NCBI GenBank assembly: GCA_047602405.1 | Contig: JASGHJ010000001.1 | Span: 224,001 to 288,000 of the forward strand | Length of the DNA stretch: 64,000 nucleotides | From: Anaeromyxobacteraceae bacterium | GTDB lineage: Bacteria > Myxococcota > Myxococcia > Myxococcales > Anaeromyxobacteraceae | Direction: 5' to 3' | Shown here: positions 39,761 to 49,021 of the stretch, in pieces | How the letters are laid out: each line of letters starts with the position of its first letter | Position numbering within the stretch: the first letter of the stretch is position 1 | Position numbers and translations under genes: made by a program | Notes under the pieces: model-generated | Database searches by the model: none | What the model saw: only the letters and a program-made list of their open reading frames with translations | What the model was told of the DNA's origin: nothing

Positions 39761-41690
39761 GTGCAGCAGCACGAGGGCGACGACGCCCCGCGCAAGGCGG
39801 CCGGGCTCCCGGCCAGCGCGAAGTTCCGGCGGGCCCTCTTCACCGAGATCCTGGCGGGCGCGGGCATCCTGCTCGCCGCCGTCGCGGCGCTCGGCTGGCT
39901 GATCACGCGCGACGCGCTCGAGCGGCAGGCGTGGCTCCGCGCGCGCGAGGCCGCGGACCACCTCACGGGCGAGCTCGACCGCGAGCTCGAGGGCGTCGTG
40001 CACGTCGGGGAGACCCTCGAGACCTGGTGGCGCAGGGGCGACCTCGACCTCGACGCGCCCGAGCGGCTCGAGCGGCTCGTCCTCCCGCTGCTCGCCCGCC
40101 AGTCCTTCGTCTCCTCGATCAACTTCTGCCGCGCGGACGGCACCTCGGTCCTCCTCCTGCGCACCGGCGACGCTTGGAGCCGGCGCGTCATCCGCGACAC
40201 GGCGGAGGGCCACGCCGCCGCCTGGTGGCGCCGGGAGGGCCTGCGCGAGGTCATGGAGCCCTGGACGCCGACGTCCTACGACCCTCGCACGCGCGACTGG
40301 TACACCCGCGTGCGGGACGCCGGGGGGCCCCGCTGGTCGCCCCAGGCCTACCGCTTCATGACCACGAAGGATCCCGGGATCACCTTCTCGCTCCCGGTGC
40401 ACGACGAGGGCGTGCTCGCGGGCGTGATCGCGCTCGACGTCATGCTCGACGACCTGACCGGACGTGCGTGGTCGGCCCAGCCGACCCCGCGCACCCGGGT
40501 CACCATCGGCGACGCCGCCGGGCGGGCGCTGATCCTGCCGCGGCTGCCGGAGTATCTCTCCCGGGAGGCGCGGTTCCGCGACTTCCTCGAGCCGCTCGGC
40601 CCCACCCTGTCGCGCGAGCTCGCGGGGCTGCCCGGCGGCCTCGCCGCCGTGAGGGCGCCGGTCGAGGTGGCGTCCACCACGGCGGGCGAGCCCTTCTACG
40701 TCCTCGCGCGGCCGTACCGCGGCCCCGCGGGCCTGGACTGGCGGCTCGCCGTCGCGATCCCCGAGGCGGACATCCAGCAGGGCGCCGGCGCCCGCGGCGC
40801 CGGCGTGGTGGCGCTCGCCGCGCTCGGCCTCGCGCTCCTCGCCTGGCGCGCCCGCGCGGTCGCGGAGCGGTTCGGCCGGCCGCTCGACCGCCTCGCGGCC
40901 GCCCCCGCCCCCGAGGCCGCCCGGGGCGGGGGGCCCGGCCACGCGCCCACGCTCCCCGACGTGGCCCGCCTCGCCGACCGGTTCCTGGAGGAGCACGAGG
41001 CGCTCCGGGCGCGGCTGCGGGACAGCCAGCGCCGCGAGACGGTGGGGACGCTCGCGAGCGGGGTCGCCCACGACGTGAACAACCAGCTCACGGTGGTGCT
41101 CGCCCAGCTCGGGCTCGCCCTGGAGGAGCTCCCGCCCGGCCACCCCCTCGCCGCCGAGCTCCAGAATCGCCCGGGAGGCGGTGGTGCGGGGCGCGGAGAC
41201 CGCCCGCGCGCTCGTGTCCTACGCGCGCCCCACCCGCGGGGCCACGCCGGTGCCGATCAATCTCTCGACGCTCCTCGGGAACGTCGAGGTGCTGCTGTCG
41301 CGCGCGCTGCCGCGGAACCTCCGGCTCGAGCTCTCGGTGGAGCCGGGGCTCACGGTGCTCGGGCACGCCTCGCAGCTCGAGCAGGTCGTGGTGAACCTCG
41401 CGATGAACGCGCGGGACGCGATGCCCCGGGGCGGGGCGCTCTCGATCCGGGCGGCCGCGGACGGCGCCGGGTGGCTGCGCCTCGAGGTCCGCGACGAGGG
41501 CCTCGGCATGACGCCCGAGGTGATCGCGCGGGTGTTCGAGCCCTGGTTCACGACCAAGTCCGAGGGGCACGGCTCGGGCCTCGGGCTCCCGATGGTCCGG
41601 CACATCGTGCGCGACCACGGCGGACACCTCGCCCTCGAGAGCACCCCGGGCCAGGGCACCCGCATCGTGATCCGGCTGCCCCGCGCGTGA
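39761..41690 (+). CDS. Cache-type sensor histidine kinase; one-base frameshift near 41165; start approximate
   Basis: YDPRTRDWY, LASGVAHDVNNQL H-box; NLAMNARDAM, DEGLGM, FTTK, GSGLGL in ORF 41181..41690. Confidence 0.87.
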
Positions 41691-41749
41691 GCGGCCGCCC
41701 GACCGCCGGGGCCCGCCGTCCAGCCCGGGCCGGTGCTACCCTGCCACCC

Positions 41750-42547
41750 GTGGCCGGCCTCGACGACCTCGACCTCGGCGCGCTCTACCGGGCGCACATG
41801 GCGCGCACCACGCGCGGCGAGAAGCCACCCGCGGCCTGGGACGCGCGGGCGGCGGGCATGCGCGCCGCCGTCGAGGGGAGCGCCTACGCCGACGCGTTCC
41901 TGGCGCGGATGGACCTCGCGGGCTGCCGGACGCTCCTCGACGTCGGCTGCGGCCCGGGCACCCTCGCGCTCCCGCTCGCGCGGCGGCTCGAGCACGTCCA
42001 CGGGCTCGACCACAGCCCGGGCATGCTGGCCGCGCTCGCGGCGGGCGCCCGCGAGCGCGGGCTCACGAACGTCTCCGGCGTGCTGCGCGCCTGGGAGGAG
42101 CCCTGGGACGGCGTGCCGGTGTGCGACGTCGTGGTGGCCTCGCGGTCGATGCACGTCGCCGACATGGCGGACGCGCTCGCGAAGCTCGACGCCCACGCGC
42201 GCCGGCGCGTCTACCTCACCCACCGCGCCGGCGGCCGGCGCCTCGACGCCGCCGTGCTCGCCGCGCTGGGCAGGACCGTGGAGCCGCCGCCCGACTGGCT
42301 CTACGTGATCGCGCTGCTCCACCGGATGGGCGTCGCGCCGCGGCTCGACTTCATCGAGAGCCCGGGGAAGCTCGCGGGTTGCGCGGGGGCCGACGAGTTC
42401 GCGCGGCGCATGGAGTGGTCGGTCGGGCCGCTCGGCGAGGACGAGCGCGCGACGCTCCGCGGGCTGTGGGAGCGCGAGGGGCCGCGGCTCGTCGGCGAGC
42501 CGATCCGCTGGGCGTTCGTGGGCTGGGACGTCACGAACCCAGAGTAA
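41750..42547 (+). CDS. Class I SAM-dependent methyltransferase
   Basis: LLDVGCGPG, GLDHSPGM, DVVVASRS. Confidence 0.87.
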   Translation: MAGLDDLDLGALYRAHMARTTRGEKPPAAWDARAAGMRAAVEGSAYADAFLARMDLAGCRTLLDVGCGPGTLALPLARRLEHVHGLDHSPGMLAALAAGARERGLTNVSGVLRAWEEPWDGVPVCDVVVASRSMHVADMADALAKLDAHARRRVYLTHRAGGRRLDAAVLAALGRTVEPPPDWLYVIALLHRMGVAPRLDFIESPGKLAGCAGADEFARRMEWSVGPLGEDERATLRGLWEREGPRLVGEPIRWAFVGWDVTNPE

Positions 42548-43053
42548 ATCCATTGCAGGTTGCAGCATGTTCACGGTCGGTGTTCACGCGCAATCCGTGC
42601 GCGCCGACTCCACGCTGCGTCCGGGTTCCGTTCGAGCGGATGGGCGCTCCGAAGCGCTCGGAACCTGTACCGAATTCCTGGGACGCGCCAGATCGTCGCG
42701 CCGCCGGGAGGCCGTGCACCGCACGTAAAGCCGAGTGAATTCACGGTGAGACGCGGTCCCCCTGCGACAGCGTATCGCACCTAACCCCCCGCACGGCTGA
42801 GCGATTTCCACACAGTGAACCCGCTGTGTCCGCCACACCCATGAGGGACGAATGGTGCGCTGGTGTGGTTCTCGCGGAGTCGGGTACGCAAACCCTGCAT
42901 CACGCAGCAGGGACGTGACTCACGGTGCATCGCTGGGGCGATCGCGGTGGGTGACGGCAGGGCCGGGCGTCGATCCCGTTCGCTGGGGCGAGCGGGGGGC
43001 GAGGACCGGAAGACACGCCGCGCGGGCGAGAGGCCTGCGACGGAGGGGGATAC

Positions 43054-46000
43054 ATGAAGAGCAATCCAGCCCGCACGGGCAGCCGCGCGCTGCTCGTCGC
43101 ACTCGTGGCAGGTCTCGCCACCCAGGCGCACGCCGGACCGGGCAGCGTGCTCGATCCGCAGGGCGTCGCCCAGCCGACCTACTACGCGAACAGCCCGCAG
43201 CTCACGAAGTTCATCGACACGCTCCCGGGCCTCGGCCCTGCGGGCGCGAACAACCTCGGCAGCTACCTTCCGGTGGCGGTGCCCGACACCACGACGTACC
43301 CGGGCGCCGACTACTACGAGATCGCGATCGTCGAGTACACCCAGCGCCTCCACTCCGAGCTCGCGAAGCCGACGAAGCTCCGCGGCTACGTGCAGAAGAT
43401 CGCCGGCGTGAACGGGACGCCGATGTACCTCGGCCCCGTGATCGTCGCGCACCGTGACCGCCCGGTCCGCGTGAAGGTCTTCAACGAGCTCCAGACCGGC
43501 ATCCCGTTCTTCATCCCGGTCGACGCCACGGTCATGGGCGCCGGCAAGGGCAACCTGCAGGCCGACGGCGTCACCCCCTGCAATCCCCTCGATCCGGCCC
43601 AGGCGCCCCTCTGCGCGAGCTACTCCGAGCAGCGCGTCGGCGTGCACCTCCACGGCGGCCTGACGCCCTGGATCTCCGACGGCCTCCCGCACCAGTGGAT
43701 CGCCCCCGCCGGCGAGACCAGCCCGTACAAGGTGGGCGTCGGCGCGCGCGACGTGCCGGACATGGCGCAGGACCAGGTGAACTACCTGCCGTCCGGCGGC
43801 GCGATGTCGCTCTACTACCCGAACCAGCAGAGCGGCCGCCTGATGTTCTACCACGACCACGCGTACGGCCTGACCCGCCTCAACGTGTACGGCGGCGTGG
43901 CCGCGGGCTACCTGCTCCGCGACGACGTGGAGACCGCGCTCACCGCGGGCGTCGAGGACCTGCCGCTCGTCGTGCAGGACAAGTCCTTCGTCCCGTCCGA
44001 CATCGCCGTGCAGGACTCGAAGTGGGACCTCACGAAGTGGGGCCAGCCGGGCGACCTCTGGTTCCCGCACATGTACGAGGAGAACCAGGACCCGACCTGC
44101 TCCTGGGACATCAACTGCATGAACCCGCTGGGCCGCTGGGACTACGGCCCCTGGATCTGGCCGCCGGTGCAGCTGCCCGGTAACCCGGTCAACCCGTCCG
44201 CCGCCCTCACCGCGTCCATCGTCCCCGAGGCGTTCATGGACGTGATGATGGTGAACGGCACGGTCTACCCGAAGGCCGTCGTCCAGCCGAAGGCGTACCG
44301 CCTCCGCATCCTCAACGCCTCCAACGACCGCTTCCTGAACCTCCAGCTCTACTACGCGGTCGCGAACCCCACCTTCGACACCGTCCGCAAGGCGTACTTC
44401 GACCGCGTGACCGGCGATCGCTGCGAGGGCTCCAGCTTCGCGCCGTCCGCCTGCACCGAGGTCGCCATGGTGCCGCGCAACGGCGACACCTACACGACCG
44501 TGTGGGGCGACGACTCCACCGTCCCGTTCGATGGCCGCCCCGGCGGCGTCCCGAACCCGGTCAACGCCGGCCCGAAGATGTTCCAGATCGCGACCGAGGG
44601 CGGCCTGCTGCCCGCGGCCGTGCTCAAGAACGCGCCCCCGATCCCGGTCACCTACGACACCGACCCGAAGTCGATGACGGTCGGCAACGTGATCGACGGT
44701 ACGCTCATCCTCGGCCCCGCCGAGCGCGCCGAGGTGGTGGTCGACTTCTCGCAGGTGCCCGCGGGCTCGACCCTCATCCTCTACAACGACGCCCCGGCCG
44801 CGTTCCCCGCCGGTGATCAGCGGTACGACTACTACACGTTCGGTCCGGACTGGACCGACGCCGGCGGCGCGCCGTCGCCGCAGGTCGGCAAGGGCCCGAA
44901 CACCCGCACGGTGATGCAGTTCGTCGTCGACCCGGCCGGCACCCCGGCCGCGGCGTACGACTTCGCCGCCCTGCAGGCCGCCGTGCCCGCCGCCTACGCG
45001 GCGTCGCAGGAGAAGCCGCTCGTCCCCGAGCCGGACTACCGCGGCTCCTTCCCGGGCCAGCCGGTGAAGGGCCAGTACGCCCGCATCAACATGACCACCT
45101 CGTTCACCTTCACGGACGACGCGGGCGTGGTGCGCTCGCTCCCGATCCACCAGAAGGCGATCGCGGAGGAGTTCGACCCGGTGTGGGGCCGCATGTCCGC
45201 CGTCCTCGGCACCGAGGCGATGGTCACCGGCAACCAGGGCCAGAACACGTTCGGCTTCATGTACGTGGACCCGGCGACCGAGGTCGTGCCGCAGGGTGAG
45301 ACGCAGATCTGGAAGGTCACCCACAACGGCGTCGACACCCACGCCATCCACTTCCACCTCCTCAACGTCCAGGTCATCAACCGCGTCGACTGGGCCGGCG
45401 TCGTCAAGCCGCCGGATCCGAACGAGGTCGGCTGGAAGGAGACCGTCCGCATGAACCCGCTCGAGGACATCATCGTCGCCGTCCGGGCCATGCCGCCGAA
45501 GCTCCCCTTCACCGTCCCGACGTCGAAGCGCGTCCGCGACGTGACCCGCCCCACCGGCGTCGCCGCCATGGCGAACCTGATGAACTTCACGACGCCCTGG
45601 CCGTACGAGCAGCCCCAGGGCGCCACGCCGGCCGCCGACCCGGGCACCACCACGCTGAACGACGTCACCGACTACGGGTGGGAGTACGTGTGGCACTGCC
45701 ATCTCCTCGGCCACGAGGAGAACGACATGATGCGCCCGCTCGTGTTCACGAACGTCACCAACTACAACACCGCTGACGTGTTCGCGCCGACCATCACCGC
45801 CACCCCGGCGACCGGCGCGACCATCTTCGGCTCCACCGTCATCACGCTGTCGGTGACCGACGCCGCGGCCGGCCGTCCGAAGTACCTCGACACCGGCGTG
45901 GTCTCGTTCTCCTACTCCGTGAACGGCGGCGCCCCGGTGGTGGTCAACGGCACGACCGCGACGATCAACCCTCCGGCCGGCGGCTGGGCGGGTGACCTCG

Positions 46001-46719
46001 TCGTCACCGCGACGGCGATCGACGCCGCGGCGGTGCCGAACGTCGCGAACGCCACGTTCAGCTACACGCGGGCGACCCTGGCCTCCCCGACGCTCACCAC
46101 CCCGGTGAACCCGGTCACGGTCCAGGGCGCCACCCGCAACGTCACCATCCGCTGGACGTACCCGACGGGCCAGGGCCAGACCGGCTTCGCCGTCGAGCGC
46201 GCCCCGGTGGTCGGCGGCGTCGTCGGCGCCTTCGTGCAGGTCGCCGGCCCCGCCGTGACGAGCCCGTACACGCACCAGCTGCCCGCCATCCCGACCACGC
46301 AGGCGCTCGCCGTCCAGTGGGTGTTCCGTGTCGTGGCGCTCCAGAACGCGCTCAGGTCGCCTCCGAGCAACCTGTCCGCGCTCGTGACGCAGCTCCCGAT
46401 CGCGCCCACCTCTCCGAGCGGCGCGACCGCCACGGCCAACGCGGCGAACCCGCGGCAGCTGACGGTCGGCTGGAACGACCGCTCGCAGAACGAGGCCGGG
46501 TTCACGATCTGGCGGCAGGAGAGCGCCACCGGCAACGGCGGCTGGGCGGGTGACACCGCGTGGGACGTCCCGGCCGTCGCGGGCATCAGCCCGCCCGCCC
46601 GGACCTACGTCGACACGGGCCTCACCACCGGCCGCTACTACCGGTACCGCGTGCAGGCGTTCAACGCCGGCGGCTCCACCGCGTACACGGCCTACTCCAC
46701 GGCCACCCGCGCGCCGTAA
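43054..46719 (+). CDS. Secreted multicopper oxidase with C-terminal Ig/FN3-like domains
   Basis: HLHGG, YHDH, HAIHFH, WHCHLLGHEENDMM; FN3-like W..S.NE.GF and YYRYRVQAFN. Confidence 0.92.
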   Translation: MKSNPARTGSRALLVALVAGLATQAHAGPGSVLDPQGVAQPTYYANSPQLTKFIDTLPGLGPAGANNLGSYLPVAVPDTTTYPGADYYEIAIVEYTQRLHSELAKPTKLRGYVQKIAGVNGTPMYLGPVIVAHRDRPVRVKVFNELQTGIPFFIPVDATVMGAGKGNLQADGVTPCNPLDPAQAPLCASYSEQRVGVHLHGGLTPWISDGLPHQWIAPAGETSPYKVGVGARDVPDMAQDQVNYLPSGGAMSLYYPNQQSGRLMFYHDHAYGLTRLNVYGGVAAGYLLRDDVETALTAGVEDLPLVVQDKSFVPSDIAVQDSKWDLTKWGQPGDLWFPHMYEENQDPTCSWDINCMNPLGRWDYGPWIWPPVQLPGNPVNPSAALTASIVPEAFMDVMMVNGTVYPKAVVQPKAYRLRILNASNDRFLNLQLYYAVANPTFDTVRKAYFDRVTGDRCEGSSFAPSACTEVAMVPRNGDTYTTVWGDDSTVPFDGRPGGVPNPVNAGPKMFQIATEGGLLPAAVLKNAPPIPVTYDTDPKSMTVGNVIDGTLILGPAERAEVVVDFSQVPAGSTLILYNDAPAAFPAGDQRYDYYTFGPDWTDAGGAPSPQVGKGPNTRTVMQFVVDPAGTPAAAYDFAALQAAVPAAYAASQEKPLVPEPDYRGSFPGQPVKGQYARINMTTSFTFTDDAGVVRSLPIHQKAIAEEFDPVWGRMSAVLGTEAMVTGNQGQNTFGFMYVDPATEVVPQGETQIWKVTHNGVDTHAIHFHLLNVQVINRVDWAGVVKPPDPNEVGWKETVRMNPLEDIIVAVRAMPPKLPFTVPTSKRVRDVTRPTGVAAMANLMNFTTPWPYEQPQGATPAADPGTTTLNDVTDYGWEYVWHCHLLGHEENDMMRPLVFTNVTNYNTADVFAPTITATPATGATIFGSTVITLSVTDAAAGRPKYLDTGVVSFSYSVNGGAPVVVNGTTATINPPAGGWAGDLVVTATAIDAAAVPNVANATFSYTRATLASPTLTTPVNPVTVQGATRNVTIRWTYPTGQGQTGFAVERAPVVGGVVGAFVQVAGPAVTSPYTHQLPAIPTTQALAVQWVFRVVALQNALRSPPSNLSALVTQLPIAPTSPSGATATANAANPRQLTVGWNDRSQNEAGFTIWRQESATGNGGWAGDTAWDVPAVAGISPPARTYVDTGLTTGRYYRYRVQAFNAGGSTAYTAYSTATRAP

Positions 46720-46743
46720 CGGACCGCCGCAGGTAGTCTGAGG

Positions 46744-46780
46744 AGGGGAGGGGGGAAGGTCCCCCCTCCCCTTCGCTTTT
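46744..46780 (+). terminator. Intrinsic terminator-like hairpin
   Basis: AGGGGAGGGGGGA-AGG-TCCCCCCTCCCCT followed by TCGCTTTT. Confidence 0.7.
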
Positions 46781-46834
46781 GCGACACGTTTTCACTCGAT
46801 CTCGGTACCTCGGATTCGCGCCGCATCGGAGAAG

Positions 46835-47530
46835 ATGGAGACCATGAAGACCGCGCTCGCCCTCGCCGTGCTCCTCGCCGTGCCCGCCGCCGCCCGCGCA
46901 GGCGACGACCCCGCCACCTGGACCAAGAAGCAGTCCGGCTCGTACGCCTTCGGCGTCGACATGGGCCGCGGCTTCGCGAAGCAGGGCGTCGAGGTCGACG
47001 TCGAGCTCCTCGCCCGCGGCATCCAGGACGCCCTCGAGGGCAAGGCGCCGCCCATCACCGAGCGCGAGCTCGGGCAGGCCCTCGGGAAGTTCCAGGGCGA
47101 CCTCCGCGTGAAGCAGGAGATGACCCGCCGCCGCGATGCCGCCCAGAACCGGCTCACGAGCGACGCCTGGATGGCGGACAACGCGAAGAAGGCCGGCGTG
47201 ACCACGCTCGCGAGCGGCCTGCAGTACCAGGTGCTCGCCGCCGGGAGGGGCAAGCCCGCCGGCGACGTCGAGCTCGTCATCGCCCGCTGGCGGGCCACGC
47301 TCCCCGACGGCGCCGAGGTCGACTCCTCCGCCGCCCAGCCCGAGGGCGCCCCGCTCCGCGTCGCCGCCGCGGTCCCGGGCGTGCGCGAGGCCCTGAAGCT
47401 CATGACCCCCGGCGCGAAGTGGCAGCTCTTCGTGCCCCCGCACCTCGGCTACCAGGACAAGGGCCGCGGCCGCGAGATCCCGCCGAACGCCGTCCTCCTC
47501 TACGAGCTCGAGCTCGTCCGCGTCCCCTGA
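46835..47530 (+). CDS. FKBP-type peptidyl-prolyl isomerase (FkpA/Mip-like)
   Basis: SYAFGVDMG, SGLQYQVL, LFVPPHLGY, IPPNAVLLYELEL. Confidence 0.9.
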   Translation: METMKTALALAVLLAVPAAARAGDDPATWTKKQSGSYAFGVDMGRGFAKQGVEVDVELLARGIQDALEGKAPPITERELGQALGKFQGDLRVKQEMTRRRDAAQNRLTSDAWMADNAKKAGVTTLASGLQYQVLAAGRGKPAGDVELVIARWRATLPDGAEVDSSAAQPEGAPLRVAAAVPGVREALKLMTPGAKWQLFVPPHLGYQDKGRGREIPPNAVLLYELELVRVP

Positions 47531-47538
47531 GCCCGTCG

Positions 47539-48111
47539 ATGGCCACCCGGAAGTCGCTCACCTTCGCCGCCGCCGCCGTCCTCCTCCTCGCCGGCCTCGC
47601 CGGGTTCGGCGTGTGGTGGCTCACGCGCGAGGCGCCGCCCGCCGCGGCGCCGCCCGTGGCGGCCCTCCCCGCCCCGGCGGCGGAGCCGATCCCCGCGCCG
47701 GTGGCGCTGCCGGTCCTGCCGCCGGACCCCGGGCCCCCGGGCGTCGTCCCGCGCCCGACCGCGGCCGACCCGAAGCCGGTCCGCACCACCAACCTCGCCA
47801 ACATGGGCGTGGGCCGCTTCACCGGCGTGCCCTCCGACGTGTTCGGCGCGCTCCGGCCGCTCGGCCAGCGCGTCGCCCGCTGCGTGAGCCCGACCCCGCG
47901 CGCCGTCGCCGGCCCGCCGCACACCGTGACCCTCACGATGAAAACGCTCGACGGCAAGATCCGGGTCGTCGGCGCCGTCGCGCCGCGCGGCACGCCCGAC
48001 CACGAGGAGGTCACGCGCTGCGCGCGCGCCGAGCTCGTCGGGCAGGAGGTCGAGTCGGTGGACGCGGTCGCCGGGCGCACGTACAAGATGCCGTACCCGC
48101 TGCCCCGCTGA
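47539..48111 (+). CDS. Membrane-anchored Pro-rich hypothetical protein
   Basis: N-terminal TM, Pro linker, C-terminal domain with Cys pair. Confidence 0.65.
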   Translation: MATRKSLTFAAAAVLLLAGLAGFGVWWLTREAPPAAAPPVAALPAPAAEPIPAPVALPVLPPDPGPPGVVPRPTAADPKPVRTTNLANMGVGRFTGVPSDVFGALRPLGQRVARCVSPTPRAVAGPPHTVTLTMKTLDGKIRVVGAVAPRGTPDHEEVTRCARAELVGQEVESVDAVAGRTYKMPYPLPR

Positions 48112-48122
48112 GGAGCCGCTCC

Positions 48123-48953
48123 ATGCGCCACGCCCGCCTCGCCATCCTCGCCCTCGTCTGCGCCGCGGCCCGGCCCACCCTCGCCCAGCCCGCGGCAGCG
48201 ACGGCCCAGCCCGCGGCAGCGACGACGCAGCCCACGAGCCTCAAGGAGGCCGTCGCGGCCGCGGCCGCGGGCACCGCCGCGGGGCCGCTCCGGATCGCGG
48301 TGAAGCCGATGACGGCGTACGACCCGGCCCGCCAGGCCCTGCGGGCGCGGGTGCCCGCCGACGTGGAGACCGAGAGCCGGGAGGACGGCGAGAAGCGCGC
48401 CGTCACGGTCTACCGGCTCGCGCCCACCCGTCGCGAGGCGCTCGCGGTCGTCGAGACCACGGTGCCGTTCGGCGAGTCGAAGAAGGTGGTGGACGACCTC
48501 GAGCTCGTCGTGTCGTTCACCCTCGCAAAGCCGGGCCCGCAGGCGGTCCGCCGGGCCACCGCGAGGCACGCGCCCACGCGGGCCCAGCCGTGGGAGGGCT
48601 CGCTCGAGACGGTGGAGCTCCTCGTCGACGTCACCGACGTGCAGCTCGTGCGCCGCTCGACCGGCGCGGTCATGCCGCCGGTCGCGGCCGTGCAGCCGCA
48701 CGGCGAGACCGCCAACCGGCGGTTCCTCGACAACCAGGGGCGCCCGGGCTTCCGCTGGACCATGCGCTCGCAGGACGAGTACCTCGAGGTCTGCCGCTCG
48801 TCGCTCAAGGGCCAGGACTCGAACCTCTCCATCGAGCGCCGCTGCAAGTGCATGCTGATGCAGATGCAGGTGGCCTACCCGAAGCGCCCGCCGCCGGGCG
48901 GCGTGGACCCGAAGCGCGACCGCGAGATGCGCAAGGTCTGCTCGCCGCAGTAG
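48123..48953 (+). CDS. Secreted hypothetical protein with Cys-rich C-terminus
   Basis: Signal peptide, AQPAAAT tandem repeat (21 bp), C..CKC..C. Confidence 0.68.
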   Translation: MRHARLAILALVCAAARPTLAQPAAATAQPAAATTQPTSLKEAVAAAAAGTAAGPLRIAVKPMTAYDPARQALRARVPADVETESREDGEKRAVTVYRLAPTRREALAVVETTVPFGESKKVVDDLELVVSFTLAKPGPQAVRRATARHAPTRAQPWEGSLETVELLVDVTDVQLVRRSTGAVMPPVAAVQPHGETANRRFLDNQGRPGFRWTMRSQDEYLEVCRSSLKGQDSNLSIERRCKCMLMQMQVAYPKRPPPGGVDPKRDREMRKVCSPQ

Positions 48954-48957
48954 CCCG

Positions 48958-49020
48958 GCCCCGCTCGTCCTTCGACCTCGCCTGCCCTGAGCCCGTCGAG
49001 GGGCTCGGGATGAGCGGGGC
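48958..49020. repeat. REP-like hairpin between convergent genes
   Basis: GCCCCGCTCGTCC pairs with GGATGAGCGGGGC; inner CCTTCGAC/GTCGAGGG. Confidence 0.55.
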
Positions 49021-49021
49021 G

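Noticed and set aside
39710..42547. Kinase-methyltransferase fusion (945 aa ORF)
   Set aside because: Artefact of the 41165 frameshift; the kinase ends at 41690 and the methyltransferase has its own start at 41750
42885..42965. c-di-GMP-I riboswitch-like GCAAACC..GGGACG
   Set aside because: Lacks the GNRA tetraloop and the following GCAAAG; resemblance too weak without a covariance search
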